A stretch of DNA of 64,000 bases, from contig OZ024740.1 of assembly GCA_964016885.1 (NCBI GenBank), forward strand, positions 427,924,001 through 427,988,000, given 5' to 3'. Positions 60,601-64,000 of the stretch are shown here, in pieces; the stretch's first letter is position 1, and the number at the start of each line of letters is the position of its first letter. A program made the position numbers and the translations under genes. Below the pieces are notes generated by a model. It was not told where the DNA came from and did no database searches. It saw only the letters and a list, made by a program, of their open reading frames with translations. Source of the stretch: Eledone cirrhosa (Eukaryota).

Positions 60601-63600
60601 GACTCCTCAGTCCGACGTGCAGGAGAGTGACCGGTACCTGGAGAGTTTAGACTCCTCAGTCCGACGTGCAGGAGAGTGACCGGTACTTGGAGAGTTTAGC
60701 CACATTAGTCCGACGTGCAGGAGAGTGACTGTTACTTGGAGAGTTTAGCCTCCTTAGTCCTACGTGCAGGAGAGTGACTGGTACTTGGAGAGTTTAGCTT
60801 CCTCAGCCCGGCGTGCAGGAGAGTGACCAGTACTTGGAGAGTTTAGCCTCCTTAGTCCGACGTGCAGGAGAGTGACTGGTACTTGGAGAGTTTAGCCTCC
60901 TCAGTCCGACGTGCAGGAGAGTGACTGGTACTATGAGAGTTTAGCCTTCTTAGTCCGACGTGCAGGAGTGTGACCGGTACTTGGAGAGTTTAGCCTCCTT
61001 AGTCCGACGTGCAGGAGAGTGACCGGTACTTGGAGAGTTTAGCCTCCCCAGTCCGACGTGCAGGAGAGTGACCGGTACTTGGAGAGTTTAGCCTCCTCAG
61101 TCCGACGTGCAGGAGAGTGACCGGTACTGGGAGAGTTTAGCCTCCTCAGCCCGACGTGCAGGAGAGTGAATCGTACTTGGAGAGTTTAGCCTCCTTAGTC
61201 TGACGTGCAGGAGAGTAACTGGTACTTGGAGAGTTTAGCCTCCTCAGACCAACGTGCAGGAGAGTGACTCGTACTTGGAGAGTTTAGCCTCCTCCACCCG
61301 ACATGAAGGAGAGTGGCTGGTACTTGGAGAGTTTAGCCTCCTTAGTCCGACGTGCAGGAGAGTGACTGGTACTTGGAGAGTTTAGCCTCCTTAGTCCGAC
61401 GTGCAGGAGAGTAACTGGTACTTGGAGAGTTTAGCCTCCTTAGTCCGACGTGCAGGAGAGTGACTGGTACTTGGAGAGTTTAGCCTCCTTAGTCCGACGT
61501 GCAGGAGAGTGACTGGTACTTGGAGAGTTTAGCCTCCTTAGTCCGACGTGCAGGAGAGTGACTGGTACTTGGAGAGTTTAGCCTCCTCAGTCCGACGTCT
61601 AGGAGAGTGACTGGTACTATGAGAGTTTAGCCTTCTTAGTCCGACGTGCAGGAGTGTGACCGGTACTTGTAGAGTTTAGCCTCCTTAGTCCGACGTGCAG
61701 GAGAGTGACAAGTACTTGGAGAGTTTAGCTTCCTCAACCAGACGTGCAGGAGAGTGACCGGTACTTGGAGATTTTAGCCTACTTAGTCCGACGTGCAGGA
61801 GAGTGAATGGTACTTGGAGAGTTTAGCCTCCTCAGTCCGACATGCAGGAGCGTGAGCGGGATTTGGAGAGTTTAGCCTCCTTAGTCTGACGTGCAGGAGA
61901 GTGACTGGTACTTGGAGAGTTTAGCCTCCTTAGTCCGACGTGCAGGAGAGTGACTGGTACTTGGAGAGTTTAGCCTCCTTAGTCCGACGTGCAGGAGAGT
62001 GACCGGTACTGGGAGAGTTTAGCCTCCTCAGCCCGACGTGCAGGAGAGTGACTGGTACTTGGAGAGTTTAGCCTCCTCCACCCGACGTGCAGGAGAGTGA
62101 CTGGTACTATGAGAGTTTAGCCTTCTTAGTCAGACGCGCAGGAGAGTGACTGGTACATGGAGAATCTAGACTCCTCAGTCCGACGTGCAGGAGAGTGACC
62201 GGTACCTGGAGAGTTTAGCCTCCTTAGTCCGACGTGCAGGAGAGTGACTGGTACTTGGAGTGTTTAGCCTCCTTAGTCCGACGTGCAGAAGAGTGACTGG
62301 TACTTGGAGAGTTTAGCCTCCTTAGTCCGAAGTGCAGGAGAGTGACTGGTACTTGGAGGGTTTAGCCTCCTTAGTCCGACGTGCAGGAGAGTGACTGGTA
62401 CTTGGAGTGTTTAGCCGTCTCAGTCCGACGTGCAGGAGAATGACCGGTACTTGGAGAGTTTAGCCTCCTTAGTCCGACGTGCAGGAGAATGACCGGTACT
62501 TGGAGTGTTTAGCCGTCTCAGTCCGACGTGCAGGAGAGTGACTGGTACTTGGAGAGTTTAGCCTCCTTAGTCCGACGTGCAGGAGAGTGACTGTTACTTG
62601 GAGTGTTTAGCCGTCTCAGTCCGACGTGCAGGAGAGTGACCGGTACTTGGAGAGTTTAGCCTCCTTAGTCCGACATGCAGGAGAGTGACTGGTACTTGGA
62701 GAGTTTAGCCTCCTCAGTCCGACGTGCAGGAGAGTGACAGGTACTTGGAGAGTTTAGCTTCTTCAACCAGACGTGCAGGATAGTGACCGGTACTTGGAGA
62801 GTTTAGCCTCCTCAGTCCGACGTGCAGGAGAGTGACAGGTACTTGGAGAGTTTAGCTTCTTCAACCAGACGTGCAGGATAGTGACCGGTACTTGGAGAGT
62901 TTAGCTTCCTCAGCCCGACGTGCAGGAGAGTGACCAGTACTTGGAGAGTTTAGCCTCCTTAGTCCGACGTGCAGGAGAGTGACAGGTACTTGGAGAGTTT
63001 AGCTTCTTCAACCAGACGTGCAGGATAGTGACCGGTACTTGGAGAGTTTAGCCTCCTCAGTCCGACGTGCAGGAGAGTGACTGGTACTTGGAGAAATTTG
63101 ACTCCTTAGTCCGACGTGCAGGAGAGTGACCGGTACTTGGAGTGTTTAGCCGTCTCAGTCCGACGTGCAGGAGAGTGACCGGTACTTGGAGAGTTTAGCC
63201 TCATTAGTCCGACGTGCAGGAGAGTGACTGTTACTTGGAGAGTTTAGCCTCCTTAGTCCTACGTGCAGGAGAGTGACTGGTACTTGGAGAGTTTAGCTTC
63301 CTCAGCCCGACGTGCAGGAGAGTGACTGGTACTTGGAGTGTTTAGCCTCCTTAGTCCGACGTGCAGGAGAGTGACCAGTACTTGGAGAGTTTAGCCTCCT
63401 TAGTCCGACGTGCAGGAGAGTGACTGGTACTTGGAGAGTTTAGCCTCCTCAGTCCGACGTGCAGGAGAGTGACTGGTACTATGAGAGTTTAGCCTTCTTA
63501 ATCCGACGTGCAGGAGTGTGACCGGTACTTGGAGAGTTTAGCCTCCTTAGTCCTACGTGCAGGAGAGTGACCGGTACTTGGAGAGTTTAGCCTCCCCAGT

Positions 63601-64000
63601 CCGACGTGCAAAAGAGTGACCGGTACTTGGAGAGTTTAGCCTCCTCAGTCCGACGTGCAGGAGAGTGACTGGTACTTGGAGTGTTTAGCCTCCTTAGTCC
63701 GACGTGCAGGAGAGTGACTGGTACTTGGAGAGTTTAGCCTCCTTAGTCCGAAGTGCAGGAGAGTGACTGGTACTTGGAGGGTTTAGCCTCCTTAGTCCGA
63801 CGTGCAGGAGAGTGACTGGTACTTGGAGTGTTTAGCCGTCTCAGTCCGACGTGCAGGAGAATGACCGGTACTTGGAGAGTTTAGCCTCCTTAGTCCGACG
63901 TGCAGGAGAGTGACCGGTACTTGGAGTGTTTAGCCGTCTCAGTCCGACGTGCAGGAGAGTGACTGGTACTTGGAGAGTTTAGCCTCCTTAGTCCGACGTG
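54689..64000. repeat. 49-bp GC-richer satellite, ~190 copies, truncated by window end
   Basis: Unit GAGAGTGACCGGTACTTGGAGAGTTTAGCCTCCTTAGTCCGACGTGCAG; variant strings repeat 2941 bp apart (55678/58619, 56361/59302). Confidence 0.98.

Noticed and set aside
42399-64000. CRISPR-like regular repeats
   Set aside because: Head-to-tail units with no unique spacers, no cas genes, eukaryotic context.
54689-64000. Hammerhead-like string in minus strand of the 49-mer (GGA-CUGAGGA-GGC-UAAA-C-UC-UCC)
   Set aside because: UAAA instead of GAAA, no real stems II or III, and many units read CUAAGGA; probably chance.

Overview
AT-rich, microsatellite-dense animal DNA, very likely octopus: two decayed copies resemble the octopod tRNA-derived SINE as I recall it. 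About 37 kb is four satellites (35-bp at 1-11378, 27-bp at 11972-17207, 50-bp at 42399-53899, 49-bp at 54689-64000); their long ORFs are repeat artefacts. The only real CDS is a 5'-truncated Penelope-like retroelement (RT plus C-terminal GIY-YIG, Neptune-like Cys linker) at 17836-19404, abutting (TA)n. A non-autonomous Helitron lies at 26019-27093. The main hidden signal is a set of sequence-unrelated short non-coding elements sitting in (TA)n tracts, most carrying a minimal type I hammerhead ribozyme whose stem III is usually a palindrome. I read about 16 motifs in about 8 families. They occur as ~460-nt tandem monomers, a 1.2-mer and head-to-head fold-backs, consistent with a Penelope-mobilised retrozyme/pseudo-LTR system. 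One family has a U3-A8 covariant core and two have U10.1-U11.1. All folds were read by eye and activity is untested.
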